A stretch of 64,000 nt of DNA from Candidatus Latescibacterota bacterium (GTDB lineage: Bacteria; Latescibacterota; UBA2968; UBA8231): the NCBI GenBank assembly GCA_965217585.1, contig OZ244561.1, forward strand, positions 4,832,001 to 4,896,000, written 5' to 3'. Positions 7,797 to 17,915 of the stretch are shown here, piece after piece. Every line of letters starts with the position of its first letter. Positions within the stretch are counted from its first letter, which is position 1. The translations under genes and the position numbers were made by a program. The notes under the pieces were generated by a model that saw nothing but the letters and a program-made list of their open reading frames with translations, did not search any database and was not told the DNA's origin.

Positions 7797-8825
7797 ATGC
7801 GAGCAGGAGATAAAGAAAAAATTGGGTCGCACGGCTTGGAGGTAACGCGCTTGGGGCTGGGTGGCACGACCTTTGGCAACATGTACTCGGTGCTAAGCGA
7901 ACAGGAGGGGCTGGACGTACTGGACGCGGCCTTTGCGGCCGGGGTGCGCTACTTCGACACTGCGCCGCTGTATGGCTACGGCCTGAGCGAGACGCGCTTG
8001 GGGCCGGGGCTGGCGCGCTACGACCGCGACGAGATGGTCCTGTCCTCAAAAGTGGGCTATACGCTGGTGGAGCGGAGACCCGGCGACGACTATGTCGATC
8101 TGTTCGTCGATGCGCCCGAGATGACTAGCTATTTCGACTACTCGCGCGACGCGGTGCTGCGCTCGATTGAGGGGAGTTTAGAGCGGCTCAAAATGGATCG
8201 CCTCGATATGGTACTGATCCACGACCCGGACGAGGCGAGGAGCATTGAGCCGGATTGGACGCCGGGCGAGCGGGGGTACTTCGATCAAGTGATGGCCGAA
8301 ACGTATCCAGTGCTCGACGAGCTGCGTCAGCAACAGGTGATCAAGGCGCTCGGCTTGGGCATGAACCAGTGGCAGATGCTGGCCGATTTCGCCCGCGCCG
8401 GGGACTTCGACGCCTTTTTGCTAGCTGGCCGCTATACACTGCTGGAGCAGGAATCGCTGCGCGAGTTGTTGCCGCTGTGCTTGGAGAAGGGAGTGCGGAT
8501 CGTCATTGGCGGGCCGTACAACTCGGGGATTTTGGCTACTGGGGCGGTCGATGGTGCGTATTACAACTACGCGCCCGCGCCGGAAGATGTGTTGGCGAAG
8601 GTGCGCCGCATCGAGGCGGTCTGCGCTCGGCACGAGGTGCCCTTGCCCGCGGCGGCGCTGCAATTCCCCTTTGGGCATCCGGCGGTGGCGACCGTCATTC
8701 CCGGGGCGCGGACCGTCGCGGAAGTTGCCGCCAATGTGGCCTGCCTAGCGCGCGCAATCCCCGCCGACTGCTGGGCCGAGCTTAAACGGGAGGGGCTGAT
8801 CGACGCGGAGGCTCCGACGCCTTAG
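7797..8825 (+). CDS. Aldo/keto reductase (D-threo-aldose 1-dehydrogenase-like)
   Basis: YFDTAPLYGYGLSE.RLG, FDYSRD, LLAGRYTLLEQ, GGPYNSGILATG. Confidence 0.92.
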   Translation: MRAGDKEKIGSHGLEVTRLGLGGTTFGNMYSVLSEQEGLDVLDAAFAAGVRYFDTAPLYGYGLSETRLGPGLARYDRDEMVLSSKVGYTLVERRPGDDYVDLFVDAPEMTSYFDYSRDAVLRSIEGSLERLKMDRLDMVLIHDPDEARSIEPDWTPGERGYFDQVMAETYPVLDELRQQQVIKALGLGMNQWQMLADFARAGDFDAFLLAGRYTLLEQESLRELLPLCLEKGVRIVIGGPYNSGILATGAVDGAYYNYAPAPEDVLAKVRRIEAVCARHEVPLPAAALQFPFGHPAVATVIPGARTVAEVAANVACLARAIPADCWAELKREGLIDAEAPTP

Positions 8826-8828
8826 ATC

Positions 8829-8854
8829 CGCAGATGGACGCAGATGGACGCAGA
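8829..8854 (+). repeat. 10-bp tandem repeat (CGCAGATGGA)x2.6
   Basis: Directly visible just after the stop of 7797-8825. Confidence 0.8.
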
Positions 8855-8972
8855 ATAGTAGAGACAAGACGATCCGCCTCTCGAATCGTTCAATCATTCA
8901 GGATTGCTCTAGGAGCCGCTGCAAACTATCCCCTTTTGGCCTAATCTACATTCACACCGAGGAGTAATCACA

Positions 8973-11456
8973 ATGTCCAATTGGCCGATGCTCAAGCACT
9001 ACGATCGGGATCATCTCGCCAGCATTGCCATGCCCATTGGCGGCATTGGCACGGGCACAATTTCACTGGGCGGACGCGGGGATTTGCGCGACTGGGAACT
9101 GATGAACCGCCCGGCCAAGGGATTTGTCCCAAGGGGCGAGGTGGGCCGAGGAGCTGGGCCATTTTTTGCCCTGTACGCCAAACCCGCTGGCGGCCCATCC
9201 GTCACCCGGGCGCTCGAAGGACCGGTGGATGTAGCCGAATACCAGGGTGCGAGCGGCAGTGTGGCGGTCAATCACGGCTTGCCGCGCTTTGCACGATGTG
9301 CGTTTGCCGCAGCCTATCCACTTGCACAGGTCCAGCTGTCCGATCCGCAGGTTCCGGTCGCGGTTTGTCTCGAAGCGTTTAACCCGCTTATTCCCGCCAA
9401 CGCCGATGACAGCGGCATCCCCATCGCGGTGCTGCGCTATACGCTCACCAATCGGACCAACAAGCGCGTCGCGGCCTCGGTATGCGGTTCGCTGCCCAAT
9501 TTCATTGGCAACGATGGCGTCGAAGAGTTGGCCCAGGCCAATCGCAATCGCTTTCGCCAGGCAACGCACTGTCAGGGCATTTTCATGGACAGCGAAGGGG
9601 TTGATCCCACCGCCATCAGTTATGGCACTATGGCTCTGACCACCACGGCCAAAACGGGTATTACCTATCGCACGGCTTGGAAAAAAGCTGGGTGGGGCAC
9701 GTCGCTGCTCGACTTTTGGGACGACTTTGCCGCCGATGGCCAAGTAGAAGAGCGCCCCGGCGCAGGGGCCGACATGCCGAGTGCCTCGCTCGTGGTGCGC
9801 ACCAACATTTTGCCCAAGGCACACAAGACCATAACCTTCTTGCTCACGTGGCACTTTCCCAATCGGCACACGTGGTCGCCGGGCGACGACCCCTACCTAG
9901 GCAACTACTATGCGACGCACTATGGCGATGCGTGGGACGTGGCCGGCAAAACCGCGCCGCGGCTCAAAAAGCTCGAACAACAGACCGTGCGCTTTGTCCA
10001 AGCCTTTGCGGCCAGCGACCTGCCCGAGGTAGTCAAGGAAGCCGCCCTTTTCAATCTCAGCACCCTGCGGACGCAAACGTGCTTCCGCACCCCCGATGGA
10101 CGTCTATTTGGCTGGGAGGGATACAACGATCACAGCGGCTGCTGTATGGGCTCTTGTACGCATGTGTGGAATTACGAACAAAGTACGGCGTTCCTCTTTG
10201 GCGATCTGGCCCGCACGATGCGCGATACCGAATTCAATCACGCCACCGACGACCAAGGCATGATGAACTTTCGCGTCCATCTGCCCCTCAATCGCGCCCA
10301 AGAATTTGGCAAAGCCGCGGCCGACGGTCAGATGGGCTGTATTATGAAAGCCTATCGCGACTGGCAGCTTTGCGGCGACGATGCCTTCCTCCAAGCGATT
10401 TGGGCCAAGGTCAAAAAGGCCCTTGAATTTTGCTGGATCGAAGGGGGGTGGGACGGCGATGGCGACGGTGTTATGGAGGGCTGTCAGCACAATACCATGG
10501 ATGTCGAATACTACGGCCCTAATCCACAAATGGGGATATGGTATCTGGGGGCTTTGCGCGCCGGCGAGGAAATGGCGGACCATCTGGGCGAAGCCGAATT
10601 TGCCCAAACCTGCCGTCGGCTCTACCAGAGTGGCCGCGCCTACATCGACGAGCAATTGTTCAATGGCGAATACTACGAGCATCGCATTGAGCCAGCCAAA
10701 AAAGTGGCCGCATCGCTGCGGCTGGGTATGGGCGCGGCGGAACTTTCCGATCCAGATTACCAACTCGGCAGCGGTTGTCTGGTAGATCAACTCGTTGGCC
10801 AGTTTTTCGCCCACGTCTGCGGCTTGGGCTATCTGACCAAGCGCGCCCACGTGCGCCAAACCCTCAAGAGCATCCGCAAGTACAACCACCGCAAGAAGCT
10901 GACTGATCACTTCAACTGCATGCGCTCGTATGCCTTGGGCGATGAATCGGCCTTGCTCATGGCGAGCTATCCCCACGAGCGGCCCGACAATCCATTTCCC
11001 TATTTCACGGAGGTGATGACCGGGTTTGAATACACTGCGGCCATTGGCATGCTCTACGAGGGGCAGCTCAAAAACGGTCTGCAAACCATGCGCGACATTC
11101 GCAAGCGCTACGATGGGGCAAAACGCAGTCCCTTTGACGAAGCCGAATGCGGCCATCACTACGCCCGCGCCATGGTGGCTTGGGCCGGGGTGCTGGCGCT
11201 GACGGGGTTTAATTATTCGGGGGTTACAAAGTCCATCGCCTTTGCCGCGAAGCTCGGGACCTTTTTCTGGTCAAATGGTGCTGCTTGGGGCACGGTGTGC
11301 ATTGCCCAACGCCAGTCGGGCTATCGCATTGCCTTGGATGTTTTGTATGGGCAGATCAAAATTAAGCACTTTAGGCTGACCGGCGTGGGCGAGCACACCT
11401 TTGACCGGGAGCTCGTGCTGCGCGAGAATGGCCAACGGACCTTTGTCGTGGGATGA
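8973..11456 (+). CDS. GH116 family glycoside hydrolase (non-lysosomal glucosylceramidase-like)
   Basis: MPIGGIGTGTISLGGRGDLRDWE, CC.GSCTHVWNY, AADGQMG, QHNTMDVE, PFDEAECGHHYARAM. Confidence 0.93.
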   Translation: MSNWPMLKHYDRDHLASIAMPIGGIGTGTISLGGRGDLRDWELMNRPAKGFVPRGEVGRGAGPFFALYAKPAGGPSVTRALEGPVDVAEYQGASGSVAVNHGLPRFARCAFAAAYPLAQVQLSDPQVPVAVCLEAFNPLIPANADDSGIPIAVLRYTLTNRTNKRVAASVCGSLPNFIGNDGVEELAQANRNRFRQATHCQGIFMDSEGVDPTAISYGTMALTTTAKTGITYRTAWKKAGWGTSLLDFWDDFAADGQVEERPGAGADMPSASLVVRTNILPKAHKTITFLLTWHFPNRHTWSPGDDPYLGNYYATHYGDAWDVAGKTAPRLKKLEQQTVRFVQAFAASDLPEVVKEAALFNLSTLRTQTCFRTPDGRLFGWEGYNDHSGCCMGSCTHVWNYEQSTAFLFGDLARTMRDTEFNHATDDQGMMNFRVHLPLNRAQEFGKAAADGQMGCIMKAYRDWQLCGDDAFLQAIWAKVKKALEFCWIEGGWDGDGDGVMEGCQHNTMDVEYYGPNPQMGIWYLGALRAGEEMADHLGEAEFAQTCRRLYQSGRAYIDEQLFNGEYYEHRIEPAKKVAASLRLGMGAAELSDPDYQLGSGCLVDQLVGQFFAHVCGLGYLTKRAHVRQTLKSIRKYNHRKKLTDHFNCMRSYALGDESALLMASYPHERPDNPFPYFTEVMTGFEYTAAIGMLYEGQLKNGLQTMRDIRKRYDGAKRSPFDEAECGHHYARAMVAWAGVLALTGFNYSGVTKSIAFAAKLGTFFWSNGAAWGTVCIAQRQSGYRIALDVLYGQIKIKHFRLTGVGEHTFDRELVLRENGQRTFVVG

Positions 11457-11470
11457 AAGGAGCATAAAAC

Positions 11471-12238
11471 ATGACGCGCTATACCCGCATCGGCCTGACT
11501 GGGGCCAACGGCACCATCGGCCGCGTGCTGCTAGCCGGCTTGGGGGCGGAGTACGAATTCAAGGCATTTACGCGCCGCCTGGTCGATTTTCCCTCCGCTA
11601 TAGTCAACTTCGACCGGCCCGCAGAGGTCAAGGGGGCCTTTGAGGGTCTGGAGGCCGTAATTCACATGGCTGCCGATCCCAGCCCAATGGCCTCTTGGGA
11701 GAGCGTGCGGGACCACAACCTCGAGGGCATGTACCAAGTGTTGGAAGAGTGCCGCCGATCCGGGGTCAAACGCTTGGTTTTTGCCTCGACCAATCACACC
11801 CAGCACGGCAATACTATTTTGACCACTCCTGAGACCTTAGATCCGACCAAGTCCATCCACATGCGCCTGGACGAGCCGCCTAATCCCGACTCCATGTACG
11901 CGGTCTCCAAGCTCTTTGGCGAACACATGGGTAAGCTGTACAGTCAGCGCTACGGCCTCGAATTCGTCGGTTTGCGCATCGGCTGGATCATTGCGGAGGA
12001 CGATCCGACCACCATGCGCGGCACCTCTGCCGAGGACTATATGCGGGCCATGTTCCTCAGCCACCGCGATTGCATTGAAGCCCATCGGCGTGCCTTGGAA
12101 GTGGACACCCAGTACCTGTTGGCCTATGTGGTCAGCGGCAACGGACGGCGTGTCTTTGACCTGGAGGCTACCGGGAAGGACCTGGGTTATGTGCCGCAAG
12201 ACGACGCCGAGGATTACTTTCGCCGAGTGGAAGGGTAG
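11471..12238 (+). CDS. NAD-dependent epimerase/dehydratase (uronate dehydrogenase-like SDR)
   Basis: TGANGTIG, VFASTNH, YAVSK motifs. Confidence 0.9.
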   Translation: MTRYTRIGLTGANGTIGRVLLAGLGAEYEFKAFTRRLVDFPSAIVNFDRPAEVKGAFEGLEAVIHMAADPSPMASWESVRDHNLEGMYQVLEECRRSGVKRLVFASTNHTQHGNTILTTPETLDPTKSIHMRLDEPPNPDSMYAVSKLFGEHMGKLYSQRYGLEFVGLRIGWIIAEDDPTTMRGTSAEDYMRAMFLSHRDCIEAHRRALEVDTQYLLAYVVSGNGRRVFDLEATGKDLGYVPQDDAEDYFRRVEG

Positions 12239-12326
12239 AACTGTGCAAGTGCACGATGCGACGTTAGTCTCAGGCACGCCATCCCGATGTTGGGCTTGGT
12301 TTAGCATGGTCTAATGAGCTGACCTT

Positions 12327-15185
12327 ATGAAGGCCATAATCGGGGGACTCATTGGGCTGATTGTAGTGGGCGGTGTCGGCGCGGAGCCGCCCGTAGAGGC
12401 ACTGAGGGGAAGCGCTCTTCCTCAAGGCTTTAGCTTGGGCCAGAATTATCCCAATCCCTTCAACCCCTCCACTATTATTCCCTACCAACTGTCGGCTTCT
12501 GCCCACGTGCGGTTAGAGGTGTTCAACCTACTAGGGCAGCGCATTGCGACGTTGGTGGATGGGCAACGGCTGGCTGGCGCTCATACCGCGATGTGGAATG
12601 CCACAGGTGCGGCGGGAGTCTATATCTATCGGCTGACGATGGGTGGGGCGAGTCTGGCCCGCCGAATGGTGCTGGTTGATGGGTTGGCTGGAGTTCCGAT
12701 CGGCAAGGCGGTAGCCCCGTTCACTGCCTCCCAGTCGCCGCCGGCTCCAGACTTGGTGGTTCAGCCGCCTTGGGTAAACCACAGCACCCAGAAAACAGGG
12801 CAACCCTTTAGGATAAAAGTCATAGTGCGCAACCAAGGAAACGGGGCGGCGGCCTCGACGACCTTGCGCTACTACCGCTCGACCAACGCGACGATCTCTG
12901 CAAAAGATAGTCTGGTAGGCACGGATGCCGTGGTCCGCCTAAACGCTTCGAGCAACAGTCCTGAGTCGATCGCCCTGAAGGCCCCGTGGATGGTAGGAAC
13001 TCATTACTACGGGGCGTGTGTAGATGCGGTGAGCGGAGAGAGCGACACCAGCAACAATTGTTCGGATGCCGTGCGTACTGAGGTGATTCCGATAGGAACC
13101 GGTGGTAGATCCGCCTTGGTGGCCCTGTACAACGCGACCGATGGACCCAACTGGAAGAACAACACCAACTGGCTGAGCAACACACCCCTTGCGGATTGGT
13201 ATGGCGTCACGGTTTCTAACTGGGAAGTGAGGGAACTGGACCTTTCCGACAATAAGTTGAGTGGGACCTTGCCATCCGAGTTGGGCGATTTGTCCTACCT
13301 GACGACGCTGTCTCTTCACTCCAATGCCCTCACGGGGACCTTGCCATCCGAGTTGGGTGATCTGTCCAACCTGCGCTACCTGTCTCTTCATACCAACGGT
13401 CTGACAGGTGCGCTGCCGTCGGCGTTGGGCGATTTGTCCAGCCTGCGCTATCTGTTTCTTGATACCAATGCTCTTACCGGCCCTGTGCCGTCGGCGTTGG
13501 GCGATTTGTCCAATCTTAAGGAGCTGCATCTCAACCAAAACGCGGGTCTAGCGGGAGTATTACCCCGTGCCCTTACCCGCCTCAGCCTCACGGATCTAAT
13601 ACTAGGTGGAACGCAGTTATGCACACCGTCAGACGACGAATTCCAGATGTGGCTACAGGGGATTCGGAATAGGCGCGTTTCCGTCTGCATCCGCAGCGAC
13701 GAGCCGCAGGCGTACCTGACGCAGGCGACGCAATCGCTGACGCATCCTGTACCACTAGTGGCCGGAGAGCCAGCTCTCTTACGCGTGTTCGTCACAGCAC
13801 ATCAGGACCTTGATGTCGGCATACCTCCGGTGCGTGCGACCTTCTATCGCAATGGCATTTGGGTGCATACCGCGGATATTCCAAATCGGCAAGGGGAGAT
13901 CCCTAGGGCCGTCGACGAGGGCGTGCTCTCGGCGTCGGTCAATGCGGAGATCCCTAGTTCGGTTGTGAGTCCGGGGTTGGAGATGATGGTCGAAATCGAT
14001 CCCGGTGGCATGTTGGACCCCGCCTTGGGCCTTGGTGGTCGCATACCCGAGACGGGCCGGATGGCTTTAGACGTGAGGGAAGTGCCACCGCTTGATCTGA
14101 CGCTTGTTCCCTTGCTCTGGGAGGAAGCCCCAGACCGTTCTATACTGGACGAAACCGAGGGCTTGTCGGCCGACGACGATCTGTTCTGGCCGGTGCGCGA
14201 TCTCTTGCCGGTGCGCGACTTTAGCCTGAGGGTGCGCAGACCCGTATGGACCTCGATGGATCCTGTGGCTGCCAACAGCGATGAACTACTCGCTGAGATC
14301 GCGGCGCTTCAGGTCTTGGATGGCGCGAGAGGATACTACATGGGCATCCTGCGGCACGGCGGTGGGAAAGCCCTGATCCCTGGAACCACGAGCGTATCGA
14401 TTCTCAACGGAACGACTATGGCGCACGAACTTGGGCACAACATGACGCTCAAGCATTCACCGTGTGGCAATGTGGACGCTGCCGACCGCCATTATCCCAA
14501 TAGAAACGGAACCATCGGCGCGTGGGGGTACAATTTCCGCACGCGGACCTTAGTACATCCCAACACCCCGGACTTGATGAGCTACTGCGGGCCCCGTTGG
14601 ATCAGCGACTACAACTTTAGCAAGGCACTCGAATACCGCCGTAGGAGGGAGCACAGCGCGGCGGCCAAGCCACCTGCCCCGACGACGACAATGTTGCTGT
14701 GGGGAAGAGTGGAGGCGAGCGGCGAACTTGTCCTCGAACCGGCGTTTGTGGTCAACGCCCCGCCGGTGCTGCCGCAGACGAGCGGTCCGTACCGGCTCAC
14801 AGGTGAAGGTTCCGATGGCAGCGAATTGTTCACTTTTGGTTTCGGCATGGCCGCGAGCACCGGTGGAGACGGAGGCGCTGCCTTTGCGTTTGCCCTCCCG
14901 GTACGACCGGAGTGGGCCGATGAGTTGGAGCGCATCACGCTTTCCGGTCCCAAAGGGGCGGTGACAATGGACGGCGAAGGGCCTCAGTCCGTCGCCATCC
15001 TACAAGACCCCTCCACTGGGCGTGTACGAGGCATTCTGCGAGACTGGCCAGAACCGGGGCCGGCTTTGCGGGCCGCGGCCGCACGGGAGGCATTAGCGGA
15101 ACCGAGCCTCGTCATAGTAAGTCGCGGCATCCCCGCCCCAGGCTCGTGGAGCGTCCTCTCGTCCTCCGAGGCTCCGACGCCTTGA
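12327..15185 (+). CDS. Secreted multidomain protein: FlgD/T9SS-tail-like domain, CARDB, LRRs, zinc metallopeptidase (M66-like)
   Basis: Signal peptide; LGQNYPNPFNPST.I.Y.L; VRNQG.....TTLRYYRS; 24-aa LRRs L..N.LTG.LPSELGDL; AHELGHNMTLKH. Confidence 0.88.
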   Translation: MKAIIGGLIGLIVVGGVGAEPPVEALRGSALPQGFSLGQNYPNPFNPSTIIPYQLSASAHVRLEVFNLLGQRIATLVDGQRLAGAHTAMWNATGAAGVYIYRLTMGGASLARRMVLVDGLAGVPIGKAVAPFTASQSPPAPDLVVQPPWVNHSTQKTGQPFRIKVIVRNQGNGAAASTTLRYYRSTNATISAKDSLVGTDAVVRLNASSNSPESIALKAPWMVGTHYYGACVDAVSGESDTSNNCSDAVRTEVIPIGTGGRSALVALYNATDGPNWKNNTNWLSNTPLADWYGVTVSNWEVRELDLSDNKLSGTLPSELGDLSYLTTLSLHSNALTGTLPSELGDLSNLRYLSLHTNGLTGALPSALGDLSSLRYLFLDTNALTGPVPSALGDLSNLKELHLNQNAGLAGVLPRALTRLSLTDLILGGTQLCTPSDDEFQMWLQGIRNRRVSVCIRSDEPQAYLTQATQSLTHPVPLVAGEPALLRVFVTAHQDLDVGIPPVRATFYRNGIWVHTADIPNRQGEIPRAVDEGVLSASVNAEIPSSVVSPGLEMMVEIDPGGMLDPALGLGGRIPETGRMALDVREVPPLDLTLVPLLWEEAPDRSILDETEGLSADDDLFWPVRDLLPVRDFSLRVRRPVWTSMDPVAANSDELLAEIAALQVLDGARGYYMGILRHGGGKALIPGTTSVSILNGTTMAHELGHNMTLKHSPCGNVDAADRHYPNRNGTIGAWGYNFRTRTLVHPNTPDLMSYCGPRWISDYNFSKALEYRRRREHSAAAKPPAPTTTMLLWGRVEASGELVLEPAFVVNAPPVLPQTSGPYRLTGEGSDGSELFTFGFGMAASTGGDGGAAFAFALPVRPEWADELERITLSGPKGAVTMDGEGPQSVAILQDPSTGRVRGILRDWPEPGPALRAAAAREALAEPSLVIVSRGIPAPGSWSVLSSSEAPTP

Positions 15186-15323
15186 GCAATAGATTGATTG
15201 GACGTATTTTAAAACCGCTTACCAGCTCCTTGCGCCTGGGAAGCAACTCATCTCAACCTCGTCCTCTAAGTTGGCTGGATAACCTTCTAGTCAAACTTGG
15301 GGACTTAATTAGAAAGGAAAGGC

Positions 15324-16319
15324 ATGACCTCTTCCCCCCGCACCACAAACGTATGCCTAGAGTTTCTGCACCAGAAACTCTCCCCGCACGTAATTCCCTT
15401 GCTCATCGCTGCCCTCAGTGTCCTGCTGCCCCAGATGGCATCGGCAGGTGCTTGGACGCTTGGAAAGGGCCACGTGTGGAGCAAGGTCTCCTACATGTCG
15501 CAATCGACCGATCAACACTATGATGCGGATGGAAATGCGGTTGAAATTCCCAGAGACGCCCGCTACCAATCGCAGCAGGTCTATTTCAACGTGTACTACG
15601 GCCTGACGGACCAGATCGATCTTGGCCTACAGGTTCCCTATATCAGCAATAAGTTTGTCGATAAAGATGAGAGTAATGATGTAGCGACTCCGCCACCTGC
15701 TCTGGAAACGGAATCGGGTATCGGCGATCTGCGTGGGTTCGCCAAGATCAACCTCTTGCAGCAAGCTGGTCTTGTCGGTACCCTAAAACTTGGCTTCAAG
15801 CTCCCCGTCGGCGACTATCGGCCCGTGCCCGAGGCCCTTTCCATAACCGGAGGCCAATGGGATTTTGACGTGGTTGCGCAACTCGGCCGGTCCTTTTGGC
15901 CCGTCCCGATGTACGCCAATGTCGATCTGGGGTATCGCCTGCGCGGAGAATACACGGATCCCGCCGCTGGTGATTCCGACGTCATCGACCGCAGCTATAC
16001 CCCCGGCGCAGAGCTCGTTTTTAACGCCGAGGCAGGTTATAGCCCTATGGACAAACTCCTCGTCGCCCTCAAGTACGAAGGCGTCGTAGGAGCGGAGTAC
16101 GACGCCATAAGCAACCCAGGTACCCCAGAAACGCTTAGTCAAAGTGTCACCTACTTGGTGCCGACGGTCTTGGTTGGCTTCCACCCCAACCTGAGTCTTG
16201 AAGCCTCGGCGCGCATGACGGTCAGCGGCAGCAGGTATTTCGCTGGCCCGACCTATGCGGTGGGGCTTTCTTTTACGGGGAGCCTGATTGAGAAGTTGAT
16301 TCATCAGGGGACTCCTTAG
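15324..16319 (+). CDS. Putative outer-membrane beta-barrel protein
   Basis: Signal peptide ending ASA-GAWTL; amphipathic strands, GIGDLR, YGLTD motifs. Confidence 0.65.
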   Translation: MTSSPRTTNVCLEFLHQKLSPHVIPLLIAALSVLLPQMASAGAWTLGKGHVWSKVSYMSQSTDQHYDADGNAVEIPRDARYQSQQVYFNVYYGLTDQIDLGLQVPYISNKFVDKDESNDVATPPPALETESGIGDLRGFAKINLLQQAGLVGTLKLGFKLPVGDYRPVPEALSITGGQWDFDVVAQLGRSFWPVPMYANVDLGYRLRGEYTDPAAGDSDVIDRSYTPGAELVFNAEAGYSPMDKLLVALKYEGVVGAEYDAISNPGTPETLSQSVTYLVPTVLVGFHPNLSLEASARMTVSGSRYFAGPTYAVGLSFTGSLIEKLIHQGTP

Positions 16320-16345
16320 TCCTGGTCTATGGATCAGCACAAGCA

Positions 16346-16386
16346 GGGGAAGGGGCTTTGGGGTCCCTTCCCCCATTTTATTTTTT
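16346..16386 (+). terminator. Rho-independent terminator
   Basis: GGGGAAGGG...CCCTTCCCC stem followed by ATTTTATTTTTT. Confidence 0.8.
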
Positions 16387-16423
16387 ACGGTAGGGAGAGC
16401 TATCTCTACGAGGAGAAATCGAT

Positions 16424-17215
16424 ATGAGCACGCCGGACATTACCTTGGCCTCGGGCCACGCCGTTCCGCAATTGGGGCTGGGCACTTGGATGTTGCGCGG
16501 CCAACAGTGCAAAGTCGTGGTCAAAGAGGCCCTCGAACTGGGCTATACGCATTTGGATTCGGCCTGGATGTATGAGAATCAGGACGCCATCGGCCAGGTC
16601 CTCAAGGAAGTTGGGGCCGACCGCGATCGGCTCTTCATCACCTCCAAGATTTGGCATTCGCACTTGGAGTACGAGGCGACTTTGGAGCAGATGGAAGAGA
16701 TTCTGCGCGATCTGCAGACCGAATACGTCGATCTTCTGCTCATCCACAGCCCCGGTCAGGGTGTGCCGGTGGAGCGCACCTTGGCCGCTTTTGAAAAAAT
16801 CTACGCGGCCGGCCAGGCCAAAAGCATTGGCATTAGCAATTTCAGCATTGAGCAAACTGATCGAGCTAGGGCCGCTACCGGCTTGCCGATCTGCACCAAT
16901 CAGGTGGAGTACCACCTGCGCCACAACCGCGAAAGGCTGCGGCGCCATTGCCACGCTCACAACGTGGTACTGACGGCGCACCGCCCGCTGGCCCAGGGCG
17001 ATCTAGCCCGAGACGAGGTCCTAAAACAGGTAGCTGCCGAGCACGGCAAGACCCAGGCCCAAGTGGCTTTGAAGTGGCTTTTGCAAAAGGATATGATCGT
17101 CATCCCCAAGGCCAGCTCAACGGCTCATTTGCGCGATAATCTGGATTTGTTCGACTGGCAGTTAGGGGACGAGGAGATGGCGCGTCTCGAAGGGGTGGGA
17201 GTCGATCCCGATTAG
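16424..17215 (+). CDS. Aldo/keto reductase (2,5-diketo-D-gluconate reductase-like)
   Basis: VPQLGLGTW, HLDSA.MY.N, FITSKIW, IGISNF, IPKASS. Confidence 0.92.
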   Translation: MSTPDITLASGHAVPQLGLGTWMLRGQQCKVVVKEALELGYTHLDSAWMYENQDAIGQVLKEVGADRDRLFITSKIWHSHLEYEATLEQMEEILRDLQTEYVDLLLIHSPGQGVPVERTLAAFEKIYAAGQAKSIGISNFSIEQTDRARAATGLPICTNQVEYHLRHNRERLRRHCHAHNVVLTAHRPLAQGDLARDEVLKQVAAEHGKTQAQVALKWLLQKDMIVIPKASSTAHLRDNLDLFDWQLGDEEMARLEGVGVDPD

Positions 17216-17282
17216 CGCGCTGAATGCAGCACGCCGATTTCAAGTTGGGATGTACGCGACCGACGCGAAGGGGGAAGCATAA

Positions 17283-17879
17283 ATGTTTACAAGGATGCTT
17301 TTTATCGGCAGCCTACTTGTACTTGGTTGTGCTAATGACAAGGGGACTACTCCAGATCCCGAAGTTGGGTTTGTCTTTTCAGGCACGCTCAGAAATGATA
17401 AGCAAATACAACTTCCAGAGAATTTGAGAGTTTTGGTTTTTTGGAATGTAGTAACAGGAGAAGGAGATGACTATCTTTATCTTTTCGGCGAAGGTACGGT
17501 GAATGCCGAAGACATGACCTTTGAAATAGTTTTTGCTGAAGATCCACCGGCAGACGCTTTAAATGCGGATGCCTTGGGGGTTGGCTACATTCTGCTAACT
17601 ACAGACTCGGATCTTGAAGAAGGTATTATTCCTCAAGAGTACGACTTGGCCCAAAATGTTCTTGGAGGAGCAGGGCAGTATGGAGTTGTATTTACCAATG
17701 ACAAAATAGCAGATATTGAAGAATTAGAATGGCCGCAGCAATTCCCCAAAGGCTACGGTGTCGGCAAAGGTGTCGCGATACCAGATGCTAATTTTGATGC
17801 CTTTGAACCTGTTGATCCTTCTTCTGTAGAAATTATCGTAGATGATCCAGAAAATATAGAATTTGTAAACTGGTCATAG
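17283..17879 (+). CDS. Acidic hypothetical lipoprotein
   Basis: LLVLGC lipobox; AT-richer than flanks. Confidence 0.7.
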   Translation: MFTRMLFIGSLLVLGCANDKGTTPDPEVGFVFSGTLRNDKQIQLPENLRVLVFWNVVTGEGDDYLYLFGEGTVNAEDMTFEIVFAEDPPADALNADALGVGYILLTTDSDLEEGIIPQEYDLAQNVLGGAGQYGVVFTNDKIADIEELEWPQQFPKGYGVGKGVAIPDANFDAFEPVDPSSVEIIVDDPENIEFVNWS

Positions 17880-17915
17880 ACGCGGACGCCACGCAATAAC
17901 ACTGCATCTGGCCCC

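Noticed and set aside
8829-8854. CGCAGATGGA tandem repeat as a CRISPR or iteron
   Set aside because: Only 2.6 contiguous units, no spacers and no rep gene
13245-13560. 72-bp periodic repeats resembling an array
   Set aside because: Coding LRR units in frame, with no unique spacers; not CRISPR
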